DNA of 64,000 nucleotides, taken from an uncultured delta proteobacterium. Lineage in GTDB: Bacteria > Desulfobacterota > Binatia > UBA9968. This document shows positions 30,198 through 40,322 of this stretch, one piece after another. The position numbers were made by a program, and so were the translations under genes. The number at the start of each line of letters is the position of its first letter. Position 1 is the first letter of the stretch. Location of the stretch: NCBI GenBank assembly GCA_963816145.1, contig CAWFJP010000011.1, forward strand, positions 416,001 through 480,000, written 5' to 3'. The notes under the pieces are model-generated. The model was not told where the DNA came from, did not search any database, and saw nothing but the letters and a program-made list of their open reading frames with translations.

Positions 30198-31337
30198 GTG
30201 GACAGGTTAATGTCACTGCTAATTCTAGTTCTGTGCCTTTGCCGCACCTTGGCATTCGCACAAGCGGAAGTTTCCGACGCGTTTCCATCGGAAATTCCCG
30301 ATGCGACAGAACTCTTTGCAAAATCGTTCGCCGGCATCAGTGGGGCGCAAATCAATCTCACGCCGCCGTCGTCGAAGCAACTTCTTGCCTTGGAGTTCGG
30401 CTCCAAGCTAGTGGAATTGAAAGCGACCTACTTTGAGAACCGTCTGGAGCAACCGGCGCTCCTCGGCAGCGTGGGCGATCATGGTGATCTCAAAGGGCGG
30501 GGGAAATATGCCGATTTACTGGCCGTATCCTCACAATTTGGCGGCAAACTCATCGGCGAGGCCGAAGCCGCCTACAGCACGCTCGGCTTCCCGGCATCGA
30601 GCGATCAGCTACCCATAATGACCAGGTTAGAAGTTCACGGAAGCTGGGGAAAGGCGGGTTATGGATTGTCCAATCGCTCTTCCGGCCCCGGTTATGTATC
30701 GCCCGCTGGCGTCAAGATCGACCACGCGCGCGATGAACGGCAACTCTGGGCGGACTATGACTTGAGCCCATATCGGGTTCGCGGCGCCGTTGGTGAAATG
30801 TGGGAAGAAAACGCTACAACCCATCAATTGACCCTTACCAGAACGACGGCGACATCCCTTTACCTGAACAAACCGAGCTGGAACGCCGATTTGTCGTCGA
30901 GTTATTCAACGGTAGCGAACAGCGAACATTTGGATCAAAGGACTCTGGCGTTCACCAATCGACTTTCCTTCACCTACCGGTTCACTTCGCTGTTTACGCT
31001 TGAGCCCAACCTGAGCTTCAAGCAGGAATGGGCGCCGATCACGGGACTTAAGACCGACACAGGTTCGGCAGGTTTCGGTTTAACTTTTACGCCTTCTCGC
31101 GACCTGCAATTGATCGGACGCGTTTCTTACGCCCGCGACTCGAGCGATGACCCGCTGAGAGCGGGATCGATGGTAAATGGCGCCACTGCTTTGAATTGGA
31201 TACTCGGTAAATCTTTTTTGGGCGAGCAATCGCTGTCGCTGCAACTGGAATACAAGAACGAATCCCGACTTACGATACCGGACAATCAGCAGGCAAATTT
31301 CACCGGATCGGTTCAGTTCAAGCTCCTGGGCTTTTGA
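30198..31337 (+). CDS. Secreted hypothetical protein, probable outer-membrane beta-barrel
   Basis: Signal peptide (AFA); alternating amphipathic strands; C-terminal GSVQFKLLGF ending in Phe. Confidence 0.55.
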   Translation: MDRLMSLLILVLCLCRTLAFAQAEVSDAFPSEIPDATELFAKSFAGISGAQINLTPPSSKQLLALEFGSKLVELKATYFENRLEQPALLGSVGDHGDLKGRGKYADLLAVSSQFGGKLIGEAEAAYSTLGFPASSDQLPIMTRLEVHGSWGKAGYGLSNRSSGPGYVSPAGVKIDHARDERQLWADYDLSPYRVRGAVGEMWEENATTHQLTLTRTTATSLYLNKPSWNADLSSSYSTVANSEHLDQRTLAFTNRLSFTYRFTSLFTLEPNLSFKQEWAPITGLKTDTGSAGFGLTFTPSRDLQLIGRVSYARDSSDDPLRAGSMVNGATALNWILGKSFLGEQSLSLQLEYKNESRLTIPDNQQANFTGSVQFKLLGF

Positions 31338-31599
31338 GCGGCAGACTCTCCGTCGAGAGCAATGACGGTCAGGACTCCTGATTCCTTATTTATCGCTGGG
31401 TAGCTGAGGAGATTCCAACTGCGCCGTCCAATTTTGAGTTTGTCCTCATCGAGGATTCCCGTTCGGCATACTGGTCAGACGATTCATCGGCGCAAGATAC
31501 TCCGACCCGGCGGCCTTAAACCCGCGCATTCGCCAAGTCTAACCTGAGCGAGGCTAAGAAAATGCAACGTCCTGCTCGACGTCGATAGTTTTCCGCACT

Positions 31600-31836
31600 G
31601 TCGGCAACACGGTCTGCTACGTCGACCTGTCGCTCTTCCAGATGATCGAAGGACCGTGCTACGCGTTTCCCCGCGCCGTGATCAAGCTGGAGCGCATACA
31701 CCGGCGCGTGCTCGCGCTACACGACCGAGTCGCAACGCGCCCCCGCCTCGCCGCCTATCTCGCGTCCGACCGGCGCTTGTCCTTCAATCAGGAAGAGATC
31801 TTTCGCCGCTATCCGGAGTTGGATGATCGGTCGTAA
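31600..31836 (+). pseudogene. Second diverged copy of the GST 3' part (about 28189-28425)
   Basis: VGNTVCYVDLSLFQMIEGPCYAFPR..FNQEEIFRRYPELDDRS*. Confidence 0.88.
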
Positions 31837-31949
31837 GAGAGCGACCGCATGTCCGATAACGGCACTGGGAACTGAATCAAAACTTGGGCTCGAGTCGAAC
31901 AACCAAAAACACCGATTGGTTCGAGAATAGTCAAGCTGCAAGCGTCCGG

Positions 31950-32084
31950 TGTAGTGATTCGGTTCGACCGAGATCTCTCACTGCGTTGGATATCACAAAT
32001 CGACTAGTCTGCTGTCAGTTCGAGCGCAGCGAGAAATCTTTCTCCGGATGAAGACGCATGGCGGACTCGAACTGAACCACTACC
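31950..32084. mobile_element. MITE, inverted relative of the 12419 element
   Basis: tGTAGTGATTCGGTTCGA...TCGAACTGAACCACTACC; flanks GCGTCCGG / GAGTCTGG (6 of 8 match, decayed TSD); same internal REP palindrome. Confidence 0.7.
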
Positions 32085-32253
32085 GAGTCTGGCCCGATGC
32101 CCTATCGACTCCCTGTTCTATTCCTTCGTTGTGCCAAGTTCCGGCGGGAAGTTTGCTGACCAATGTTGCTGTAAGCCGGGTGTAATGCTAGCCATCAGCT
32201 ATGTTTGGCTGAATCTCTACTGTAGTGAGCCAGGCACGTCCAGGGGGTTGCTC

Positions 32254-34380
32254 ATGGGGTTGAAAGATCAGCAGACGCGACAGAATAGCGATTTGGCGCC
32301 GGCGGCGCGCGGCCAACCGGCCAGCGCCAGACCGGGAGGCCCGAAGGGTGCCGTGCAGGCGAAGCTGCCGCCGAGCAAGACCTGGTTATGGTTCCTAGGC
32401 GCCTTGCTCGCCAACTACTTGCTAATGCGGTTCCTGTTTCCGGCCACTGCAGGACCCATCACAGTGCCCTACACGCTCTTCAAGGAAGAGGTCGGCAAGG
32501 GCAACGTCGAGGCAATCTATAGCCGCGGCGAGAGCCTCACCGGCCGCTTCGTGAAGCCGGTCACCTATCCCCCGGCGGACGCAAAGGATGCGGCGCCCGG
32601 AGGTAAGGACAAACCGACGAGCGAGCCCAAGGCGATGCGCGCCGGCCCGCCAAGAACCGGAAGTACCTTCACGACCACACTTCCCTCCTTCGTCGACCCC
32701 GGTCTAGAAGCGTTTCTGATCGATCACCATGTCGAGATCAGCGCCCAACCGATCGAAGAAGGGGGGAGCTTGTGGTCGACGATTCTTTTCGGGTTCGGCC
32801 CGGCGCTGCTCTTCATCGGCTTTTACGTCTGGATGTTTCGGCGGGCAGCGCAACAGGGCGGCGGCCTAGGCGGCGGGCTCATGGGCATCGGCAAGAGTCG
32901 CGCGCGCCGCTACGACCAGGAGAAGGATACAAAGGTCACCTTCGACGACGTCGCCGGTATTGATGAAGCCGAGAACGAACTGGTCGAGATCGTCGATTTC
33001 CTCAAGGACCCGGCGAAGTACACCCGCCTGGGCGGGGCCGCTCCGAAAGGCGTGCTGCTGGTCGGCGCGCCGGGCACAGGAAAGACGCTGCTGGCAAAGG
33101 CCGTCGCAGGAGAGGCTGGGGTGCCGTTCTTCTCGATGAGCGCTGCCGAGTTCGTCGAGATGATCGTCGGTGTCGGGGCAGCGCGCGTGCGAGATCTCTT
33201 TACAGAAGCTCGCAAGAACGCGCCGGCAATCATCTTCATCGACGAGCTCGATGCCATCGGTCGCGCCCGCGGGCAGGTGGTGATCGGCGGGTCGAGCGAG
33301 CAGGAGCAAACCTTGAACCAAATCCTCACCGAAATGGACGGCTTCTCCAGCCGGGAAGGCATCATCGTGCTGGCAGCGACCAACCAGCCGGAGGTGCTCG
33401 ACAAAGCGCTTCTGCGGCCTGGGCGCTTCGACCGGCGCGTTGTGGTTAACCTACCGGACAAGACCGGTCGCGAGGCGATCCTCAAAGTTCACACCCGCGC
33501 CATGCCACTGGCGAAGGACGCAAACTTAGGAGAAATCGCCGCCACGACGCCGGGCTTCTCAGGAGCGGATTTGAAAAATCTGGTTAACGAGGCGGCGCTG
33601 CTGGCGGCGCGGCGCGCGCAGAATGACGTCCGTTACAAAGATTTTCTCGATGCGCTGGAGAAAATCGTGCTCGGCCCCGAGCGGCCGCTGCTCTTGAGTC
33701 GCGCCGACAAGGAGCGCATTGCCTACCACGAGGGCGGACACGCGATCCTCGGTCTGGTGGTGCCCGGCGCCGATCCGGTGAATCGGGTGACGATCGTGCC
33801 GCGTGGTCAGGCGCTCGGTGTGACCTACCAGCGACCTGAGAGCGACCGCTACAACTATCCGGAAGCCTACCTGCGCGCGCGGATCGTCGGCATGCTCGGC
33901 GGCCGCGCCGCCGAAGAGATTGTCTACGGCACCAAGACGACGGGAGCAGAAAGCGACATCGAACAAGCCACCAGCCTGGCCCGCCAGATGGTCACGCGCT
34001 GGGGCATGAGTGAGCGGCTCGGGTTAGTCCAGCTTGCGCCGCGGGAGAACCCCTATCTTGGCAGCCCCGGCGGTTACGGCGCCTCGAAGCCATTTAGCGA
34101 GGATACCGCCGAAGCCATCGATGCCGAGATCCGGAAGATCATCGGCGAGAGCCACGAGGAGGCCAAGCGCCTGCTGACGGTGCATCGCAGACAACTCGAC
34201 GCGCTCGCCGAAGCTTTGGTGGCGTGCGAGACTCTCAACGAGCAGGAGATCCTCGACGTCACGGGACTGCCGCCGGCGCCTGCTTTGGAAACCCGGATCC
34301 TGTCGGCAACAAATGGCGACGGCGCAAGCGCTGCCCCCGCTCACGAGGACGCGAAGTCGCGGCTATCCGACAAACCGTGA
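32254..34380 (+). CDS. ftsH: ATP-dependent zinc metalloprotease FtsH (probably an accessory paralog)
   Basis: Two TM helices, VTFDDVAG, Walker [30 protein letters not shown] zinc motif, LGGRAAEE. Confidence 0.93.
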   Translation: MGLKDQQTRQNSDLAPAARGQPASARPGGPKGAVQAKLPPSKTWLWFLGALLANYLLMRFLFPATAGPITVPYTLFKEEVGKGNVEAIYSRGESLTGRFVKPVTYPPADAKDAAPGGKDKPTSEPKAMRAGPPRTGSTFTTTLPSFVDPGLEAFLIDHHVEISAQPIEEGGSLWSTILFGFGPALLFIGFYVWMFRRAAQQGGGLGGGLMGIGKSRARRYDQEKDTKVTFDDVAGIDEAENELVEIVDFLKDPAKYTRLGGAAPKGVLLVGAPGTGKTLLAKAVAGEAGVPFFSMSAAEFVEMIVGVGAARVRDLFTEARKNAPAIIFIDELDAIGRARGQVVIGGSSEQEQTLNQILTEMDGFSSREGIIVLAATNQPEVLDKALLRPGRFDRRVVVNLPDKTGREAILKVHTRAMPLAKDANLGEIAATTPGFSGADLKNLVNEAALLAARRAQNDVRYKDFLDALEKIVLGPERPLLLSRADKERIAYHEGGHAILGLVVPGADPVNRVTIVPRGQALGVTYQRPESDRYNYPEAYLRARIVGMLGGRAAEEIVYGTKTTGAESDIEQATSLARQMVTRWGMSERLGLVQLAPRENPYLGSPGGYGASKPFSEDTAEAIDAEIRKIIGESHEEAKRLLTVHRRQLDALAEALVACETLNEQEILDVTGLPPAPALETRILSATNGDGASAAPAHEDAKSRLSDKP

Positions 34381-34437
34381 CCTGGCGCATGAGTCGCTTG
34401 GAAACTAGCCTACGAACGTAAGCTCGTATCTTCGAGG

Positions 34438-34830
34438 ATGTCCGTTATGGAAAAAACTCTTGCTCCGTTTGCACCCTACGCCTTCGCCATCTTGCGGATC
34501 ATCGCCGGGCTGTTGTTCGTTGCGCACGGCGGGCAGAAAGTCTTTGGCTGGTTCGGCGGCCAGCCGTTTCCTCTCGGTTCGCTCTTCGGTCTGGCGGGAA
34601 TCATCGAAATAGTTTTCGGCATCCTCATTACCATCGGTCTCCTCACCAGCTTTGCAGCTTTCATCGCCAGCGGCCAAATGGCGGTCGCTTATTTCATCGG
34701 CCATCTCCCAAAAAGTTTCTGGCCGCTCGAAAACGAAGGCGAGCCGGCAGTGCTGTTCTGCTTCATTTTTTTGTTTATCGCTACTCACGGTGCGGGGATC
34801 TGGAGTGTCGACACCGCACGGGGCCGGTAA
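34438..34830 (+). CDS. DoxX family membrane protein
   Basis: LRIIAGLLFVAHGGQKVFG, ASGQMAVAYF, PLENEGE, GAGIWSVD. Confidence 0.88.
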   Translation: MSVMEKTLAPFAPYAFAILRIIAGLLFVAHGGQKVFGWFGGQPFPLGSLFGLAGIIEIVFGILITIGLLTSFAAFIASGQMAVAYFIGHLPKSFWPLENEGEPAVLFCFIFLFIATHGAGIWSVDTARGR

Positions 34831-34893
34831 CGGTTTGCCGTACGTGTCGTAGGTGCGCTCGAGAATCACCGGATCTTTTTGCCGGGCCAACTC
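34829..34893 (-). pseudogene. Short remnant of the 3' region of the SBP gene at 37962-38960
   Basis: 34844-34893 matches 38149-38198 at 48 of 50 nt; 34829-34841 resembles 38110-38122. Confidence 0.8.
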
Positions 34894-35026
34894 GTGGGGC
34901 GCAGTGCAAATTTAACTGGAAGATCCCGCCTTCTAGCTCCCGGACCCTGGCCCCAAATTACCAGCCAACACAAGTTGCAATCCCGGGCGGCTATCAAATA
35001 TTGTGGCCGAGGTGCTTGGAGGTTCG

Positions 35027-36385
35027 ATGCCGGAGTTGGATTCGGTCGACAGCGATATCCTCGTCATCGGTGCCGGAGGGTGCGGTCTCATGGCTGCTCT
35101 CGTGGCGGCGAAAAAGGGCGCGCGGGTGCTCCTGTTGGAGAAGACTGACAAACCGGGAGGCGGGACTGCTTTCTCCTCCAAGGGCATCCGCGCCGCCGGC
35201 AGCCGCCGGCAGCGCGAGTTGAAGATCGCCGACAGTCCGGCACTCTACGCCCAGGATATCCTGCGCCGGAACAACGACGAGAGCGATCCAGTCCTGACCC
35301 AGCGGCTCGCGGAAACTTCTGGGCGTGTGGCCGATTTCCTGGCCGATACGGCGGGAATCGAATTTCAACTCGGCGAGTTTGCCTTTGGTCACGGGGCGCA
35401 GCGATCGCACTCGTGGAAGGCGGATAAAACCATCACCGATTTTCTCTTCGAAGCAGTTGAGCGGGAAAAAAATATCCAGGTGCGATTCTCGACGCCGGTA
35501 TTGTCGCTCCAACAGGACACGGGCGGCGCGGTAACCGGCGCGGCGACAAAAGACGGCGCGCTCTCAGCGCGAAAAATTATTCTCGCCTCGGGCGGCTTCG
35601 GCGCGAGCGCGGAGTTGTTGGCCCGCTACATTCCCAAAGCGCTGGACATTCCTTTTCCAGGTCACCACGGCAGCACCGGCGACGGCATCAAGATGGGTTT
35701 GGCGATCGGCGCGGCGGCGGAAAACATGGGCGCCTTCCAGCCATACCCCGCATACATCGGCCCGGGAAAACGCGCGGTGGCGCCAGAGGTGGCTCTATCG
35801 GGCGGCATCATGGTCGACGCCGGCGGCAAGCGTTTCGTCGACGAAACCCGATATCCCGGTGGGCTCGGCATCAAAATGCTCGATCTGCCCGGCAAGCTGG
35901 CTTACGAAATCTGCGACGAGCGTATCTACCAGCTGCATCGAAACGCGCCGGGACTGAGAAACCTATCGATCTACTTCGACGCGGGACTTTTGCTCAAGGC
36001 CGACACGCCGGAACAACTCGCAGGCAAATTGGCCATCGACGCCGAAGGCCTGAAGCGAACCATTCAAGAGTATAACGACAGCGCGGCAAGCGGCGCCAAG
36101 GACGCTTTCGGTCGCGCGCTGCCGCAACCGTTCCAAGGACCCTTCTATGGCATCAAAGTCACGGTGGCGCTGTACCACACCCAAGGCGGGTTGAAGGTAA
36201 CCCCCGACGGCCAAGTCCTGCGCAACGACGGCTCGATCATCCCCAACCTTTACGCCGGCGGCGGCGTGGCCGTCGGCGTATCCGGCAAGGGTTTGGAAGG
36301 GTATCTACCGGGCAACGGGTTGCTCGCTTCTCTGGGTCTCGGCATGAGAGCGGCGGAGCACGCGGCGACCTCGCTCGATAAATAA
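35027..36385 (+). CDS. FAD-dependent oxidoreductase (flavocytochrome c / FAD_binding_2 family)
   Basis: VIGAGGCG, LLEK..PGGGT, LASGGFG, STGDG, RFVDE, HTQGGL, PNLYAGG, GNGL. Confidence 0.85.
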   Translation: MPELDSVDSDILVIGAGGCGLMAALVAAKKGARVLLLEKTDKPGGGTAFSSKGIRAAGSRRQRELKIADSPALYAQDILRRNNDESDPVLTQRLAETSGRVADFLADTAGIEFQLGEFAFGHGAQRSHSWKADKTITDFLFEAVEREKNIQVRFSTPVLSLQQDTGGAVTGAATKDGALSARKIILASGGFGASAELLARYIPKALDIPFPGHHGSTGDGIKMGLAIGAAAENMGAFQPYPAYIGPGKRAVAPEVALSGGIMVDAGGKRFVDETRYPGGLGIKMLDLPGKLAYEICDERIYQLHRNAPGLRNLSIYFDAGLLLKADTPEQLAGKLAIDAEGLKRTIQEYNDSAASGAKDAFGRALPQPFQGPFYGIKVTVALYHTQGGLKVTPDGQVLRNDGSIIPNLYAGGGVAVGVSGKGLEGYLPGNGLLASLGLGMRAAEHAATSLDK

Positions 36386-36496
36386 CCCGCGGCGTGCGCG
36401 GATCGTGGATCGGGGCACTTTGGACTTAATGCTCGGAGTTTACTTTTTTCGTCCTTTGCGTTCTTCGCGGTCAATCTTATCGGCCCATTTTATCAC

Positions 36497-37726
36497 TCAA
36501 CGGTTGGCTGCAGGCGTTATGCGCAATATCTGGCCGTCGCGTGAGTCGGTGAGAAGATAGAGCGATCCATCCGGCGCCTGGCACACGTCGCGGATGCGTT
36601 CTCGTAAATCACCCAGGTAACGCTCTTCTTGGGCGACCTTGCCGTCCTTCATCACCAGCCGCACCAACCCTCCCGGAGTGAGCGAGCCGATCAGAAAATC
36701 GTTCTTCCAGCTGGAGAAGAGATCGCCGGTATAAATCGCCATACCTGAGGGCGCGATCACCGGATCCCAATAGTAGACCGGCTGCTCCATCCCGGGTTTC
36801 GCCGTGCCTTCGCCGATCTTCAAATAAGTGTAGTGGGTACCGTAAGAGATGACCGGCCAGCCGTAATTTTTCCCCGCTTCCGGATGGTTCAGCTCGTCGC
36901 CGCCGCGCGCGCCATGCTCCACGGTCCAGAGCTGGCCGGTCTCAGGATGAAGCGCCGCGGCTTGGACGTTGCGATGGCCATACGACCAGATCTCCGGGCG
37001 CGCGCCGGCGCGATTGACAAACGGATTGTCGCGCGGCACCGAGCCGTCCGAGTTGATGCGCACGACCTTGCCGAGCGTCGCCGACAGGTCCTGGGCCCGC
37101 TCGGAGTGATTGAACCGCTCGCCCAAAGTGACGAACAGCGTGCCGTCGCGATGAAAAACAATCCTCGACCCCCAGTGATTGGCGCCACCGACCTTGGGCT
37201 GCTGACGCCAGATCACCTTGGTGTCTTCCAGCCCGCGCTCGCCCAACCGCCCGCGGGCGACCGCGGTGCCTGCGCCGCCGTCGCCGGCTTCAGCAAACGA
37301 TAGGTAAACGAGCCGATCCTTGGCGAACGTCGGGCTGACGGCAACGTCCAGAAGCCCGCCCTGCCCGCTCGCGTAAACCTCCGGCACTCCGGTGAGCGGC
37401 GCGGAAACGCGGCCGTCCGCTCCGACCAAACGCAAGCGACCTGGACGTTCGGTGACCAGCATCCGCTTGTCCGGCAGGAATTCGAGGCCCCAGGGATGTT
37501 CCAGCCCTTTGGCGATCGATTGGACTTGAACAATTTGATTCACCGAGGCTGGCGTTGGCGAGCGCGGTGCCTGACCTTGCACCGGCCCGGGCGCACACCC
37601 CGTGAGCCAAACAAATAGCAGAGACAGTTTGACGCAATCGGCGCTAGACAACTTGCGAAAAGTTTTCGACTTCAACTGTTCTGGGCGGGCGCTGAAGAGC
37701 GAAACAGAGCGTTTATTCGGAAGCAT
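36497..37726 (-). CDS. PQQ-dependent sugar dehydrogenase (soluble glucose/sorbosone DH family)
   Basis: LEHPWGL, VTERPGRL, GQGGLLD, HWGSR, SYGHRN, EHGARGGDELN, NYGWP, APSG. Confidence 0.9.
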   Translation of the reverse strand: MLPNKRSVSLFSARPEQLKSKTFRKLSSADCVKLSLLFVWLTGCAPGPVQGQAPRSPTPASVNQIVQVQSIAKGLEHPWGLEFLPDKRMLVTERPGRLRLVGADGRVSAPLTGVPEVYASGQGGLLDVAVSPTFAKDRLVYLSFAEAGDGGAGTAVARGRLGERGLEDTKVIWRQQPKVGGANHWGSRIVFHRDGTLFVTLGERFNHSERAQDLSATLGKVVRINSDGSVPRDNPFVNRAGARPEIWSYGHRNVQAAALHPETGQLWTVEHGARGGDELNHPEAGKNYGWPVISYGTHYTYLKIGEGTAKPGMEQPVYYWDPVIAPSGMAIYTGDLFSSWKNDFLIGSLTPGGLVRLVMKDGKVAQEERYLGDLRERIRDVCQAPDGSLYLLTDSRDGQILRITPAANR

Positions 37727-37961
37727 GAATTTCCCTCCTGAGATACCCTCGCTGCAAATGGCTGCGTAGCACACCTGTGCCATACGCTCAGAGCATAAAA
37801 TGTGAAGTAGGGTGGGATCAACCAGCGATTTGATTTAGGCCGTCGTCAGACAGAAAATAACGCGATGTCGATTGGAACAGAAAATTGGAAGGCGCGAGTG
37901 GGTCTGCGCCCGAGTATTCAGTTGGGTTGCTGCAAAATTTGCCGACGATCTTTGTCGCGGA

Positions 37962-38960
37962 TTATTTCTTGCCGAGCTTTAGCCTCTCTGCGGCTTTCTG
38001 CACGAAAGAGGGATCGAGAGATGCCGAAGCATCGCGGTTCTTGATGCCCTGCGGATTGAAGCGCTCGTGGAAGCCGGTGATCATGCTCTCGATACCTGCT
38101 TGCCAGGGAAACGGCAGGCCGTCGATGGCCTCATATTGTTTATAATAGGTGTCGTAGGTGCGCTCGAGAATCACCGGATCTTTTTGGCGGGTCAACTCCA
38201 CGATGGCTTTGAAAGCCAATTGCTTGTTGGTGCGAAACAACTGCATGCCGGCGACATGGGCGGTCATGTAATCTTCCAAGACGCGGCGATTGCGATCGCG
38301 AAAAGCCCGGTTCACCGTGTGCGGCACGCCGGCGTAGGGCATTTTTAAATCGAGGAAGTTGACCAGCTCGCGATAGCCGGCCTTTTCAAGCTCGTATTCA
38401 TTGGGCGGATTGACCGCCACGCCGTCGATCAGCCCCTGCTTCATCGCCGCCACCCGGCTGGGAATTCCGCCGGCAAGATAGACCATCTGCACGTCTTTTC
38501 CCGCGACGAGGCCGAGTTTGTCCAAATAGAGCAGGGTCGCGTACTCGTCGAGACCGGCGCGGCCGGCGCCAAGTTTCTTGCCTTTCAGATCGGCAGGGGT
38601 GCGGATCGACGCATTGACCATCAAGCGCACCGGCACATAGCGGGTTTCGGTGGCGATCACCATGACATCGAAATCTTTGGTCGCAATCGCCCGCGACACC
38701 GCGGTGCCGCCGCCATAAAGCACCTGAATGTTACCATTGGCCAACGCCGGCATATAGGCCGACGCACCCTGCATCAAAACCATCTCCACGTCCAAGTTGT
38801 ATTTAGCAAAGATCCCCTCGCGCCGGGCGATCCAACCGGGACAGAAAGTCGCCGCCGGCGAAGCATAGGCAACGACGAGCTTGGTCGCCTCGCCGTAGGC
38901 GGCGCCGAAATCCGCCCGCAGCGAAAACAACAGAAAAATTACAAGCGCTCTTTTGGTCAT
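37962..38960 (-). CDS. ABC transporter substrate-binding protein (SsuA/NMT1-like)
   Basis: Signal peptide; ARREGIFAKYNLDV, ADLKGKKLG. Confidence 0.85.
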   Translation of the reverse strand: MTKRALVIFLLFSLRADFGAAYGEATKLVVAYASPAATFCPGWIARREGIFAKYNLDVEMVLMQGASAYMPALANGNIQVLYGGGTAVSRAIATKDFDVMVIATETRYVPVRLMVNASIRTPADLKGKKLGAGRAGLDEYATLLYLDKLGLVAGKDVQMVYLAGGIPSRVAAMKQGLIDGVAVNPPNEYELEKAGYRELVNFLDLKMPYAGVPHTVNRAFRDRNRRVLEDYMTAHVAGMQLFRTNKQLAFKAIVELTRQKDPVILERTYDTYYKQYEAIDGLPFPWQAGIESMITGFHERFNPQGIKNRDASASLDPSFVQKAAERLKLGKK

Positions 38961-39124
38961 CTTCTCTCGCCTCAATCCGCGTCCTGATCGATCGGTATCG
39001 CCGCCGTCACGCGGAAACTAATATCGGCACGCAACTTAGTCCAAGCGCAGCGGGCATGTCCAGGATCACATGAGCAGCAGATCCGACCGCCCTACTTCAG
39101 TGTCAATGAATCTTTGAGGCACGA

Positions 39125-40144
39125 TCACTTTGCGGGGTAAAGACTATACATGCGGTCGATAAAGCCGCTGTCTTCGAGCTTGCGCATGAGGCTACGGTCG
39201 ACAACCTCCTCCAGCTTCACCTCGCCGATGCGGGGGTTGCTGATCTGCATCAGGCGCTGCACGTTGCGCACTCCGTCCATGGAGGGATGCGGCCGCTTTT
39301 CGAGGCCTCCTCGTGTCAGCAGTTCCTGATAACCCTCTTCGGCGAGAGCGGTATCTGTGATTCGCAGACGGCGCATGACGCTCTTGAGCACGGCGTTTTT
39401 GCTTTTCGGCGACCAGGTAAACGCTAAACCCTCGACGAGCGCGCGCAAAACGTTATCGACGACCTCCGGCTGGCGCTGCAGATAACTTTTCTTGACGGCC
39501 ATCAGATGGTTCATGATCGGTATATTTGCATTAGAAAAATCCGCCAGGCTGACGAAGCCTTTGGCTTTCGCCTTGCGGCTGAAGACCCCGTCGAGAGACG
39601 TGGCGTCGATGGTGCCGCCTTCGAGCGCTTGACCGCGCACGGTGTTATCGCCGATGACCAGCATGCGGATATCGTCGCGTTTGGGATCCAGTCCCAACGA
39701 CTCTAAGCCGAGCATCACGCCCATCCAACCGCCGCCGCCGATGCTCTGTACGCCAAAGCGTTTGCCGCGCAGATCTTCCGGCCGCTTGATGCCGGGTCGG
39801 ACGATCAGTTCGTCGGTGACCCGGTTGTTGAATCCGGCGACGATCACGAAGTCGGCGCCTTCGGCGATCGGCGCGATGATGCCGCTAGCAGTCCAGCCGA
39901 CTTGGATGTCGCCCGACAACATGCCGGACAACAACGTCGGCCCGCCGCGCATGTAGATGACCTCCGAGTCGATGCCGTATTTATTAAAGAACCCTTGATC
40001 CTGCGCGACCCAAAGTGGTGCCACGCGAAAATTCATCGCGGCATGGGCGATGACCACTTTCGGCCTTGCCGCCGCAGCGCGCAGCTCTGTGCAATTGATG
40101 AGAGAAAAATAGAGACCGAATAGTGCTGCGAGTAACTTCATCAT
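39125..40144 (-). CDS. ABC transporter substrate-binding protein (SsuA/NMT1-like)
   Basis: PLWVAQDQGFFNKYGID, EDLRGKRFG, VDRSLMRKLEDSGFID. Confidence 0.87.
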   Translation of the reverse strand: MMKLLAALFGLYFSLINCTELRAAAARPKVVIAHAAMNFRVAPLWVAQDQGFFNKYGIDSEVIYMRGGPTLLSGMLSGDIQVGWTASGIIAPIAEGADFVIVAGFNNRVTDELIVRPGIKRPEDLRGKRFGVQSIGGGGWMGVMLGLESLGLDPKRDDIRMLVIGDNTVRGQALEGGTIDATSLDGVFSRKAKAKGFVSLADFSNANIPIMNHLMAVKKSYLQRQPEVVDNVLRALVEGLAFTWSPKSKNAVLKSVMRRLRITDTALAEEGYQELLTRGGLEKRPHPSMDGVRNVQRLMQISNPRIGEVKLEEVVDRSLMRKLEDSGFIDRMYSLYPAK

Positions 40145-40182
40145 CAGCGGTTCTTGAGTGGAAGAGTCGGATTCGGAAATTT

Positions 40183-40313
40183 TTCCCGCAAAGACGCTAA
40201 GTGACGAGCGGACCTGTCATCCCAAGCGAATGGAGAGCACTAAGAAAGATTTCTCCCTTTGGTCGAAATGACATTTCCTTCTTAGCTTTGCGTCTTCGCG
40301 CCTTTGCGGGAGA
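40183..40313. repeat. Composite REP-like element (outer CGCAAAG..CTTTGCG inverted repeat around an inner TGTCAT..ATGACA palindrome)
   Basis: tcccgcaaagacgctaag...tgtcatccc...ggtcgaaatgaca...cttcgcgcctttgcgggaga. Confidence 0.7.
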
Positions 40314-40322
40314 TCATTCCCC

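Noticed and set aside
27709-31836. Diversity-generating retroelement template/variable repeat pair
   Set aside because: Differences between GST copies are not adenine-specific and no reverse transcriptase is present
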